Below are positions 12,345 through 23,699 of a stretch of 64,000 bases of DNA, in pieces (position 1 is the first letter of the stretch; the number at the start of each line of letters is the position of its first letter). A model generated the notes under the pieces. It was not told the origin of the DNA. It did not search any database and was given only the letters and a program-made list of their open reading frames with translations. This DNA comes from Scyliorhinus canicula (lineage: Eukaryota). The DNA lies in assembly GCF_902713615.1 (NCBI RefSeq), contig NC_052149.1, positions 126,855,256 to 126,919,255 of the forward strand. The letters run 5' to 3'. A program made the position numbers and the translations under genes.

Positions 12345-13700
12345 CCCCACACTTATTGTCACAAGTAGGCTTACATTAACACTGCAATGACGTTGCTGTG
12401 AAAAGCCCCTAGTCACCACATTCTGGCTCCTGTTCAGGTACACAGAGGGAGAATTCAGAATGTCCAAATTACCTTACGGCACATCTTTCGGGAAATGTGG
12501 GCACCCGGAGGAAACGCCCACAGACACAGGGAGAACGTACAGACTCCGCACAGTGACCCAAGCTGGGAATCAAACCTGGGACCATGGAGCTGTGAAGCAA
12601 CAGTGCTAACCACTGTGCCACCGTGCCGCCCTGTTATATTTGTGTGTCTGTGCGTAATGAAGAATTTGTGTGTGAGAGCTCATGGCCGGGATTCTCCCGG
12701 AATAGCGCGGCGGCCTGTACCAGTGCCAAGAGCACCATGACCCACTCCGGCGTCGGGCCGCCCGGAAGTTGGGGAATCCTCCAGCGGGGGGTCGGACAAT
12801 CCCACCTCATGTGTTTCCTTCTCCAAATTGTCATTTGTTTGTGTTGTTTCAGCAATCTGAGTTCAAAGCCTCACAATGTGGATTCTGAGTTGGATTTAAG
12901 TACAATAAAATGAAACAAACCAAAGTTTGAAGCTATAAGGTTCGAGTTGAGATTTCTGTCCAGAGAGCACAGTTTGAATGGACTCTAAAGATACAACAGC
13001 TTTTCCCTGTGTTCATAGAATCTGCAGTGCAGAAAGTGGCCATTCGGCCCATCGAGTCTCCACCGGCCCTTGGAAAGCACCCTATCCAAACCCACACCTC
13101 CACCCCATCCCCGTAACCCAGCAAACCATCTGTACGTTTTTGGACACTGAGGGCAATTTAGCATGGCCAATCCACCTAACCTACACGTCTTTGGACTGTG
13201 GGAGGAAACCGGAGCATCCGGAGGAAACCCACGCAGAGGGGCCTCACGGTAGCATGGTGGTTAGCATCAATGCTTCACAGCTCCAGGGTCCCAGGTTCGA
13301 TTCCCGGCTGGGTCACTGTCTGTTTGGAGTCTGCACGTCCTCCCCGTGTGTGTGTGGGTTTCCTCCGGGTGCTCCGGTTTCCTCCCACAGTCCAAAGATG
13401 TGCGGGTTAGGTGGATTGGCCATGCTAAATTGCCCGTAGTGTAAGGTTAATGGGGGGATTGTTGGGTTACGGGTATACGGGTTACGTGGGTTTAAGTAGG
13501 GTGATCATTGCTCGGCACAACATTGAGGGCCGAAGGGCCTGTTCTGTGCTGTACTGTTCTATGTTCTATGTTCTATGACACGGGGAGAACCTGCAGACCC
13601 CACACAGACAGTGACCCAGAGGGGAATCGAACCTAGGATCCTGGAGCTGTGAAGCAACCGTGCCAACCACTGTGCCACTGTGCCGCCCTTGTGCTACCGT
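12345..13700. mobile_element. Cluster of HE1/V-SINE copies in both orientations (about 12345-12630 -, 12990-13215 -, 13235-13575 +, 13578-13700 -)
   Basis: Repeated tRNA-like heads, V-domains and LINE-like tails. Confidence 0.8.
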
Positions 13701-14028
13701 GCCACCCTAAAATGAACCAGACTCTGCAGCAACCTCTTGCAGGCTAACAGGAACTTCACTCTTTCCAATCACAGCTTGAGCTTTCTGATTGCTGAATGAA
13801 TCCATTCCCCCTCGAGCAGAATGGACCCTCGTGTTTTTATTTCGAGGTAACCTCCAATGCCTCTGTGTACCTGAATAGACACCGGAATGTGGCGACTAGG
13901 GGATTTTCACAGTAACTTCATTGCAGTGTTAATGTAAGCCTACTTGTGACAATAACGATTATTATTATTATATGTAACAAGATTTCCAGCAGCGTTAATA
14001 ATCAGAGAATTTATCTAAAGATTTTTAT

Positions 14029-17000
14029 TGTTACAGTATCGTCATGGTTTTGAGTCTTTACTTTATCTAGAAAGAAAATGGTTGAACCCATTCAGGACCA
14101 TTGTTATCTTCTGCTTGGAAACAGGAGATCTGATATAAACACACTGACCAATGAGAATCAGACTGTTTAACACGAGGGGCGGGATTCACCGCTATCCGGT
14201 GGGATGGGCCGTACCGGCGGCGAGGGGCGGCGGAACCACTCCGGCATCGGGCTGCCTGGAAGTTGCGGAATCCTCCGCACCTTCAGGGGCTAGGCCGGTG
14301 CCGGAGTGTTTGGCGCCAAGCCAACTAGAGCCGAAGGGCCTCCGCCAGCCAGGCCGAGTTGGCGCATGCGCGGGAGCGCCAGCGTGTGCTGGCATCATCG
14401 AGGGCCAGAGAATCACTGGGGGCGCTGCTGCCAATTGCCACCAACACGGAGAATCCGGCAGCCGGAATCGGGGCAGCGGAGTGGGATTCACACCGCCCCC
14501 TGGTGGGGGGTCGGAGAATCTCGCACAAGACCTTTGAAAAACGATGATGTTATTGAAGGGAAAGAAAATCTGTCCCTTTAAATCTGAATCCAAATTCACA
14601 CACATGAGGAAGAAGTCATTTGAATTTTGATAGTGTAAATTACAGTTTACAAAGTATAATGATTTGAGGTTTGGTTCCTGATAAAGTTCTCAACTGGAAA
14701 TTTTAATTTGAAAAGGTTTGACAACAATTGACATTAATTCAAATGCTGCCAGCTGCTGGGCAGAAAGAAGAATTTAAAATATGTTTGTTCCCAAAATGTA
14801 AACATAAACCTGAAGCTTGAAGTTTGGTAGAAATCCAATTTGAAGCAGAGTTAAAGAAAGCAGCTCAACAACAAAAGTATTAGAATCTGGGATCAGTTTA
14901 AAATGAAAATGCTCCAGCTTCAAACGAGAGAGATACGTAAGGCCTCATCTTTCCAAAAGTGAACAAAGTTCCCGAGCGAGTGCGTTTAGCTACATGATTC
15001 CCGGCACTCGCCGTGATGAGAAACACAAGGATTTTCAACACGATTGGCTTTGAACGGGAATGTCGAGGCCGAGGCCACACATAGTCCCGTTTGGTACACT
15101 GGGAATCTCCGCCCGCCGGACCTTCACGTTGTAGCGAGAAATCGGGAAACTATTTGTAAAAGGCGTACCGATCTCAGAGGCCACGAAAAGAATCTCCGAG
15201 CTCCCCCCCCAGTCCGAATGCAAGAGGGTCCCCTCCCAACCCACACTGGGCAACCCCAGCCCAATCGAGCATGTGCAAAAAATGACAGCTGGTAGTGCCA
15301 CATGGGAACCTTGACAGTGCCAGGCTGGCAGCCAGATGGCAGTGCCAGGGTACTCAGGTGGCACCAGCAATGGCAAGGCACCACCTTGCCCAAAGGGAAT
15401 GCAGCTGATCATCTTGGAGATCTCCATGATGCCGTTCCTTCTGGAATCCCCGGTTATAGGGACCAGGACCAAGCAGCACTAACCCGAGGTCCCCGAGGTA
15501 AAGGGATTGAATCCCAAAGCCTCAGGTACCTCATGAATCTGCACATTATAGTTAGGCTTACAGCCTCACCCTAATATGCAGATTTGCTAAAAGGTGATGC
15601 TGCCCATGGTCGGGATTCACCTTGCAGCACCTTGTGAGATTTGTGTTGTGAGCCGGGTAGATCCCGGGAGCGGGGTCTCCTGGCTTTCCCCAGCACCGCT
15701 GCACTTTCAGGCGCTGCATGGCTGGAAGATCATGGCCAAAGAAGCAAAACCATGTCAATGTCTGGAACCAAATAGAAACATATTCTGAGTGTAGGCCTGA
15801 GGCCTGCTGCTGCCACTAATATTTGCAACTTTGTGTTTTACATTTTATTTCAGTTCTGCTTTGATTTTAATATTTGAAGTGATTTTGTATTTTCTCACTT
15901 GATAAACACTAATCTTAACCCAGCTATGATTGTCCTTTGATTAATTAATCAATAATAATCAGCAGTGACCAGTTTTTCTCAATCTTGTTTTCTCTCTGTA
16001 CTGGCCACACAGCTTTGTTTAGACTAAAACTTTTGTTTTTCCACTTTCTCAAACTGGAATATTAAAATAAGTTGTTTTTGTTGATTAGGATTGTTGTTCT
16101 CCGGAATTCTGTGACCTTGGATTACAGAGCAAGTCGCTGAGTAATCTTATCTGCTGTGGTCACCTGAAGCATCAGAAGATGAAGTTTCATTGATGGGCAT
16201 AACACCTGATTGATGACAGATGGGAAAACACCATCAAGAGCTCCGTAAACAAGCTGAATATGACCAAGTCTGCTTCACCTTGAGCTCCCTCTGAGAGGAA
16301 CTGAGAAGAGCTGAGATTTGTTTGGGGAAAGATTGTGTGGCAGGCTTCACGAGACTGGAATGGAGCCAGAAATCCAGTTTAAAGAGACATTGCTTCAGAG
16401 ACTCAGTGCTGGGGTGGAATAGTCATCCACGGACGTCAGGAGGAAGGGTCAGAAATGGACTGACTGACCATAGTGCCCACCCACTGGGGTTACTCAGTGA
16501 CTTGGTGATGTGTTTACTGAGGGGACAGTAACGTGGGCACCAATTGTGGGGGAGCTGTGGTGGAACAGACCAAATTGTGGTCATTGTTTGTGTTTGAACA
16601 AACATCTGACTGTCTTCTTTTCCTCAGATATGTACAAACTGCTTCACCTTTTGTCCGGATTCTCCTGTCTAAACCCGTTTGGCCATCATTTTTCTTTATT
16701 TTCTTTTATTTTGCAATTTAAATTTTTTAACATGGACAATTAATGTGCCGGTGCCTTTAAGGTGGACTTCGAGTGGCTGGTCAATTGACAGTTGACCTAT
16801 AACCCTAAGGCAGGGCAGGTTGAAAGAAGCTGTTTATATTTCAGATCCGCAGATTCCAGGGAGATTAGTGCTGACACACGTTGATGGACTTGGCTGTCGG
16901 CCAATGAACTATTTCAAATTACCTGACCTTTTCAATGGCCCCTGCCAATTGGTTGAGATTTCCTCTGCAAGTTCCTTCCTCCGTGTGACTGTGTTTTCTG

Positions 17001-18149
17001 TTTTACTTTTGTGTTGGTCAGAAGTTGGAAGGTCAGAACTCTGATTTCTCTCTCATGAGCAGCACAGCAGCACAGTGGTTAGCACTGCTGCCTCACAGCT
17101 CCAGGGACCCGGGTTCAATTCCATTCTTAGGTGACTGTCTGTGTGGAGTTTGCACTTTCTCCCCATGTCTGCCTGGGTTTTCTCCCGGTTCTCCCGGTTC
17201 CTCCCATAGTCCAACGATGTGCAGGTTAGATGGATTGACCATGCTAAATTGCCCCTTAGTTTCCAAAAGGTTAGATAGGATAACTGGGTTACAGGGAAAG
17301 GGTGGAGGAGTGGGCCAAAGTAGGGTGCTCTTTCCAAGGGCTGGTGCAGACTCGATGGGCATAATGGCCTCCTTCTGCACTGTAGGGATTCTATGACTCA
17401 TCTAATGGATTCTTTTTGATGATCTGAAGTGAAAACCTCTCTTTCTGCACAGCCAGACTGAACTGCAAGGAAACCAAAGTCAAGTCACCAGCTGCAGACA
17501 GGGTTCAGATGTTTAACTCCATTTTAATATCTTGTGTGGGAACTCTGTTCTTATCTCAGTAAGACTGTTAGTCATTCTGGTGGAGTTGGAAATAAGTAAG
17601 AATTAAACAGATCTGAAGCTGTTCCTTTGATTCAAGGCCCAGGTTATTAAACATTGAAGTGCCTCTCCCAGAGGGAGTCCCATTGGCTGGTAGTACTGGC
17701 TGAATGCTGCTGCCAGAAGACCATCTCTACCGCTACCGGTGGATCGATCCCAAAACATCCTGGCAGGACAACCTGCTGCAATAACTTCAATATCCGAAGA
17801 AAGGACATTCATTTTTCATTTCAAATTAATCCCCCTTATTATTTTCACCCTTTTCCTCCTCTCTGGGTGTGTCTGTCTTGTGTGTGTTGAATAGAGGGTG
17901 GAATGGGAAAAAGTGGGAATAGCAGATTAGAAAGCCGATATTCCATTGTGATTGCTGTACATGTCAAATTTGCTTGTGTTATAAATAAACAGTTATCGTT
18001 GTCAATTTACAAACCAGGTGGCATTAACTTATTGAGCAGTCAAAGAGCCAAAGATTCTGTGAATTTTATACAAATTATTGGTTAATTCACTTGTGTTGGG
18101 ACTCAGGGGTCTGTGGGGCTGGAATTGACCGCGCACTAGCGTCATAACA
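14029..18149 (+). mobile_element. Possible long LTR/ERV-like sequence carrying MITE (14177-14526, ~14990-15730) and SINE (17060-17400) insertions
   Basis: TGTTA...TAACA termini and an AT-rich LTR-like body. No TSD found, so the boundaries are tentative. Confidence 0.35.
14177..14526. mobile_element. Harbinger-type MITE
   Basis: GGGCGGGATTC ... GGAGAATCTCGCAC; flanks GAG/AAG. Confidence 0.75.
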
Positions 18150-18464
18150 CTTTCAATAAAGATATCTTTCTTCCTTTTCATATACTCTTTTTTTAAATAT
18201 ATGTGTTTTATATAAATTAGAGATTAAGGTTATAATATTATTATCATTATTCAAAAAATTTTCAACACAATACTTGTGAGAGTCGCTCATTCCTGTAACG
18301 TGCGGCTTTGAACCTCAGTGAGACTCTGAAAGGGATTCTCACCTCTCCTCACAGGGAAACCCTTTATTGTCCGGTGAGTCCCTCCAGACAAACTGAATGA
18401 GATAAGCTGGGAACTATTCCAGGTGTAAAAGGGTCTGAGGAAATGATTCAGAGTTAGAAATAGA

Positions 18465-19103
18465 AGGCTGGATTCTCTGATTGCTGACGGTGAAATTGCA
18501 TTCGGCGATTGGCCGGAGAATCCATTTTGAGGCCAGAATCTGGGGCGGCGCCATTGTTCAGAGGCTCTGCCCCCTCCAAAATGGTGACATTGGGGTGTAT
18601 GCCGCACGCTGTTGGTACGGCCTCAGGATGTCACCTGAAGGCCCTCCCCCAATGCTCCATCACCAATGGGCCAACGTCTCGACGATGTGGATCACTTGGG
18701 GTCTGAGATTTTGTCAACCTGGTGTGGCGGCTGCAGAGTGTGTCCAGCACCCCCACAGTCAGGGGGTGGAGCCGTTCCATTGACCAGGGGGGGGGGGCTT
18801 CGGCGGGAGCTGGGGGGACTGGTGGGGGATAGTCCATGGTTGGCGAGAGGGGTTACAGGGGGGGTACTACCTGGCAGGCTGGGTCCGCGCATGGCTGGTG
18901 CCATATTGTACGGTACGGCCACCGCAGTTTGCTGCCGTGCACATTCGTGGCCATGACTCGCCAATTCTCCATCCGTATCTGCAGGTAAAGCCGGGGGTTT
19001 TACATGGCACGGCTGCTGGCCCCCCACTGGGCGGCGCCAACCTTTTCATCGTAGTACTAGACACATGCTCCGGACATAGCCTCAAAATCGGAGAAAGCAG
19101 CCC
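18465..19103. mobile_element. Harbinger-type MITE with AGA TSD
   Basis: (A)GGCTGGATTCTC ... GGAGAAAGCAGCCC, flanked by AGA on both sides. Same family at about 29842-30579 and 19151-20330. Confidence 0.8.
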
Positions 19104-19217
19104 AGATTTCAGGAAAAACACAGGACGGGATTCTCCTTTTTTGAGATTAAGGACTGGATTCTCCGATTTTGAGGCTCTGTCCGAAAGAAGTGTCGAGTTT
19201 TACGATGTAACAGTTGG

Positions 19218-20060
19218 CATTGCCCTCGCACCGATACTCCGCCCGGGGTGGGGGGGCTAGCAGTTGGCAGTGCCCTCGCACCGATACTCCGCCCGGTGGG
19301 GGGCTAGCAGTTGGCAGTGCCCTCGCACCGATGCCCCGCCCGGAGGGGGCTAGCAGTTGGCAGTGCCCTCGCACCGATGCCCCGCCCGGTGGGGGGGCTA
19401 GAAGTTGGCAGTGCCCTCGCACCGATGCCCCGTCCGGTGGGGGGCTAGCAGTTGGCAGTGCCCTCGCACTGATGCTCCGCCCGGTGGGGGGCTAGCAGTT
19501 GGCAGTGCCCTCGCACCGATGCTCCGCCCGGGGTGGGGCTAGCAGTTGGCAGTGCCCTCGCACTGATGCCCCGCCCGGTGGGGGGGCTAGCAGTTGGCAG
19601 TGCCCTCGCACTGATGCTCCGCCCGGTGGGGGGGCTAGTAGTTGGCAGTGCCCTCGCACCGATGCTCCGCCCGGTGGGGGGGCTAGCAGTTGGCAGTGCC
19701 CTCGCACCGATGCTCCGCCCGGGGTGGGGGGCTAGCAGTTGGCAGTGCCCTCGCACCGATGCTCCGCACGGTGGGGGGCTAGCAGTTGGCAGTGCCCTCG
19801 CACTGATGCTCCGCCCGGTGGGGGGGCCAGCAGTTGGCAGTGCCCTCGCACCGATGCTCCGCCCGGGGTGGGGGGCCAGCAGTTGGCAGTGCCCTCGCAC
19901 CGATGCCCCGCCCGGTGGGGGGGCTAGCAGTTGGCAGTGCCCTCGCACCGATGCTCCGCCCGGTGGGGGGGCTAGCAGTTGGCAGTGCCCTCGCACCGAT
20001 GCTCTGCCCGGTGGGGGGGCTAGCAGTTGGCAGTGCCCTCGCACCGATGCTCCGTCCAGG
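19218..20060. repeat. GC-rich ~48-bp minisatellite (~17 copies) inside a truncated MITE
   Basis: Unit gctagcagttggcagtgccctcgcaccgatgctccgcccggtgggggg with a variable G-run. Confidence 0.93.
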
Positions 20061-20330
20061 CTGGGGGGGGCAGCTGTTACCCCACATAAAACCCACAGCA
20101 TTCCCGACAGAAACGGCCAGGGACCCGGCCTGCCTGATAGTTCCCCCCTGTAATCCCCCTTGCCATCCCCGGGCCACCACCCCCCCCCCCACCAACCAGT
20201 CCCCTCAGCCCCCACTGAAGCCCCCCCCCCGGCCAATGGAACGGCTCCACTCCCTGACTGTGGCAGTGTTGGACACTCACCACCCCCACCCCATCCCACC
20301 CCCATCCCTCCCCCCCTCCCCACCCCCTAT

Positions 20331-23300
20331 ACCACCTATACCTTCATCCAGATCATTTATGTATATCACAAACAACAGTGGTCCGAGCACGGATCCCTGT
20401 GGAACACCACTAGTCACCTTTCTCCATTTTGACACACTCCCTTCCACCACTACTCTCTGTCTCCTGTTGCCCAGCCAGTTCTTTATCCATCTAGCTAGTA
20501 CACCCTGAACCCCATATGACTTCACTTTTGCCATCAACCTGCCATGGGAAACTTTATCAAACGCCTTACTGAAGTCCATGTACATGACATCTACAGCCCT
20601 TCCCTCATCAATCAACTTTGTCACATCCTCAAAGAATTCTATTAGGTTTGTAAGACATGACCTTCCCTGCACAAAACCATGCTGCCTATCACTGATAAGT
20701 CTATTTTCTTCCAAATGTGAATAGATCCTATCCCTCAGTATCTTCTCCAACGGTTTGCCTGCCATTGACGTCAAGCTCACAGGTCTATAATTCCCTAGAT
20801 TATCCCTGCTACCCTTCTTAAACAAAGGGACAACATTAGCAATCTCCAGTCCTCCAGGACCTCACTCGTGCTCAAGGATGCTGCAAAGATATCTGTTAAG
20901 GCCCCAGCTATTTCGTCCCTCATTTCCCTCAGTAACCTGGGATAGATCCCATCTGGTCCTGGGGACTTGTCCACCTTAATGCCTTTTAGAATACCCAAAA
21001 CCTCCCCTTTCCTTATGCCGACGTGACCTAGAGTATTTAAACATCCATCCGTAGCCTCAACATCAGTCATGTCCCTCTCCTTGGTGAATACCGATGCAAA
21101 GTACTCATTAAGATTCTCACTCATTTCCTCTGACTCCACGCATAAATTCCCTCTTTTGTCTTTGAGTGGGCCAATCCTTTCTCGAGTTACCCTCTTGCTC
21201 CTCATATACGAATAAAAGGCTTTGGTATTTTCCTTAACCCTGTTAGCCAAAGCTATTTCATGACCCCTTTTAGCTCTCTTTATTGCGTTTGAGATTTGTC
21301 TACCTTCCCGATATTCCTCCAAAGCTTCATCAGTTTTGAGTCGCCTCGATCTTATGTATGCTTCGTTTAGCTAGTCTCACAATTCCACCCGTCATCCATG
21401 GTTCCCTAATCTTGCCATTTCTCTCTCTCATTTTCACAGGGACGTGTCTGTCCTGCACTCGAATCAACCTTTCCTTAAAAGACTCCCACATTTCAAATGT
21501 GGATTTACCCTTAAACAGCTGCTCCCAATCCACGTTCCCGAGCTCCTGCCGTATTTTGTTATACTTGGCCTTTCCCCAATTTAGCACTCTTCCTTTAGGA
21601 CCACTCTTGTCTTTGTCCATGAGTATTCTAAAACTTACGGAATTGTGATCGCTATTCCCAAAGTAACCACCGACTGAAACTTCAACCACCTGGCCGGGAT
21701 CATTCCCCAATACCAGGTCCAGTATGGCCCCTTCCCGAGTTGGACTACTTACATACTGCTCTAAAAAACTCTCCTGGATGCTCCTTACAAATTCTGCTCC
21801 ATCTACGTCTCCAACACTACATGAGTCCCATTGAATATTGGGGAAGTTAAAATCTCCCATCACAACCACCCTATTGTTCTATAATCTGTCTACATATTTG
21901 TACCTCTACTTCAAGCTTGCTTTTGGGAGGCCTGTAGTAAAGTCCCAACAATGTCACTGCACCCTTCCTATTTCTTAGCTCTATCCATATTGCCTCAGTG
22001 CTCGAATCCTCCATCGTTCCCTCCTTTATCACAGCTGTGATATCATCTCTGACTAGTAATGCAACTCCTCCACCCCTTTTACCTCCCTCTCTATCCCTAC
22101 TGAAGCATCTATACCCTGGGATATTTAGTTTCCAGTCTTGCCCTTCCCTCAACCAAATCTCAGTAATACCAATAACATCATATTCCCAGGTATTAATCCA
22201 AGCCCTAAATTCACCTGCCTTACCTGCGACACTTCTTGCATTAAAACAAATGCACCACAGACCACCTGTACCTTTGCGTTCATCATCTCTTCCCTGTCTA
22301 CTCTTCCCCTTAGTCACATTGAGTTTATTATCTGGTACCTTACTGGCTTTAGTTGCTGCCTCTTTACTGACCTCTAACTTCCTAATCTGGTTCCCATTCC
22401 CCTGCCAGATTAGTTTAAAACCTCCCCAACAGTGTTAGCAAAAGCACCCCCTAGGACATTGGTTACAGTCCTGCCCAGGTGTAGACCATCCGATTTGTAA
22501 TGGTCCCACCACCCCCAGAACCGGTTCCAATGACCAAAACATCTGAACCCCTCCCTCCTGCACCATCTCTCAAGCCACGTATTCATACTGACTATTCTTG
22601 AATTTCTATTCTGACTGTCTCATGGCACTGGTACCAATCCTGAGATTACTACCTTTGAGGTCCTACTTTTAAACTTACCTCCTAACTCCCTAAATTTTGA
22701 TTGTAGGACCTCATCCTGTTTTTTACCTATATCGTTGGTGCCAATATGCACCACGATAACTGGCTGTTCACCCTCCCCCTTCATTATGTCCTGCAGCCGA
22801 TCTGAGACGTCCATGACCCGTGCACCCGGGAGGCAACATACCATTCGGGAATCTCGTTTCCGACCACAGAAACGCCTGTCTACTCCCCTTACGATTGAAT
22901 CCCCGATGACTATAGCCCTGCCTGTCTTTTTCCCGCACTTCTGTGCAGCAGAGCCAGCCACGGTGCCATGAGCCTGGCTACTACTGCCTTCCCCTGGTGA
23001 GTCATATCCCCCAACAGTATCCAAAACGGTATACCTGTTTTCGAGGGAGATGACCGCAGGGGACACCTGCACTGCCTTCCTGCTCTTTCTCGGCCTTTTG
23101 GTCACCCATTCCCTGTCTCCCTCACCAATCCTAATCTGCGGTGTGACCTACTCACTGAACGTGCTATCCACGACCTCCTCAGCATCGCGGATGCTCCAAA
23201 GTGAGTCCATCCGCAGCTCCAGAGCCATCATGCGGTCTAACAGGAGCTGCAGCTGGACACACTTCCTGCACATGAAGGAGTCAGGGGCATTGGCCGCGTC

Positions 23301-23695
23301 CCTGAACTCCCACATTGAGCACGAGGAGCATAACACGGGTATGGGATCTCCTGCCATTTTTACCCTTTACCTTAACTGATTACAAATATAATATCAAATA
23401 ATGAATAAGTGAAAGGAATAAGGATTCTACTTACCAATCAGGTGACTGCTTTGCTGTGATGTCACTCTTCAAGGTAAGTTTTTAAAGATGACCCCTGGCC
23501 ACTGTTCCCGCCGAAAATCTGAAGGATGCTTCTCCTGCAGGCTGTGACGTCACAGTTCAACTTCTTTCTACTTCTACCTGCCCTCGAGCCTTCTTCTTGA
23601 TCTTTACTCGGCTGGGATCCTTACAGCGGTTGTGTTTTTCTTTGCAACAGCCAATCAGTGGCTCCGAGCTACTGCCCTCTGCTGGATGCTTTCCT
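20331..23695 (-). mobile_element. CR1/HER1-type LINE with 5'UTR, ORF1 (Zn-finger/leucine zipper + SGNH esterase) and ORF2 (APE + RT), 3'-truncated
   Basis: LCSSCSMW...CRKCVQLQLL; IVIGDSIVRG...HIGTND; CICFNARS; GDFNFP; KSPGPDG; [10 protein letters not shown]. Ends at [10 protein letters not shown], just before FADD. Confidence 0.93.
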
Positions 23696-23699
23696 GGAG

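Noticed and set aside
12549-12576. Cryptic 12-RSS (CACAGTG-12-AATCAAACC) as a kappa-deleting-element analogue
   Set aside because: It lies within a SINE head (reverse B-box), the nonamer is 6/9, and a KDE analogue would need a 23-bp spacer. No CACAGTG-23-nonamer was found downstream of C.
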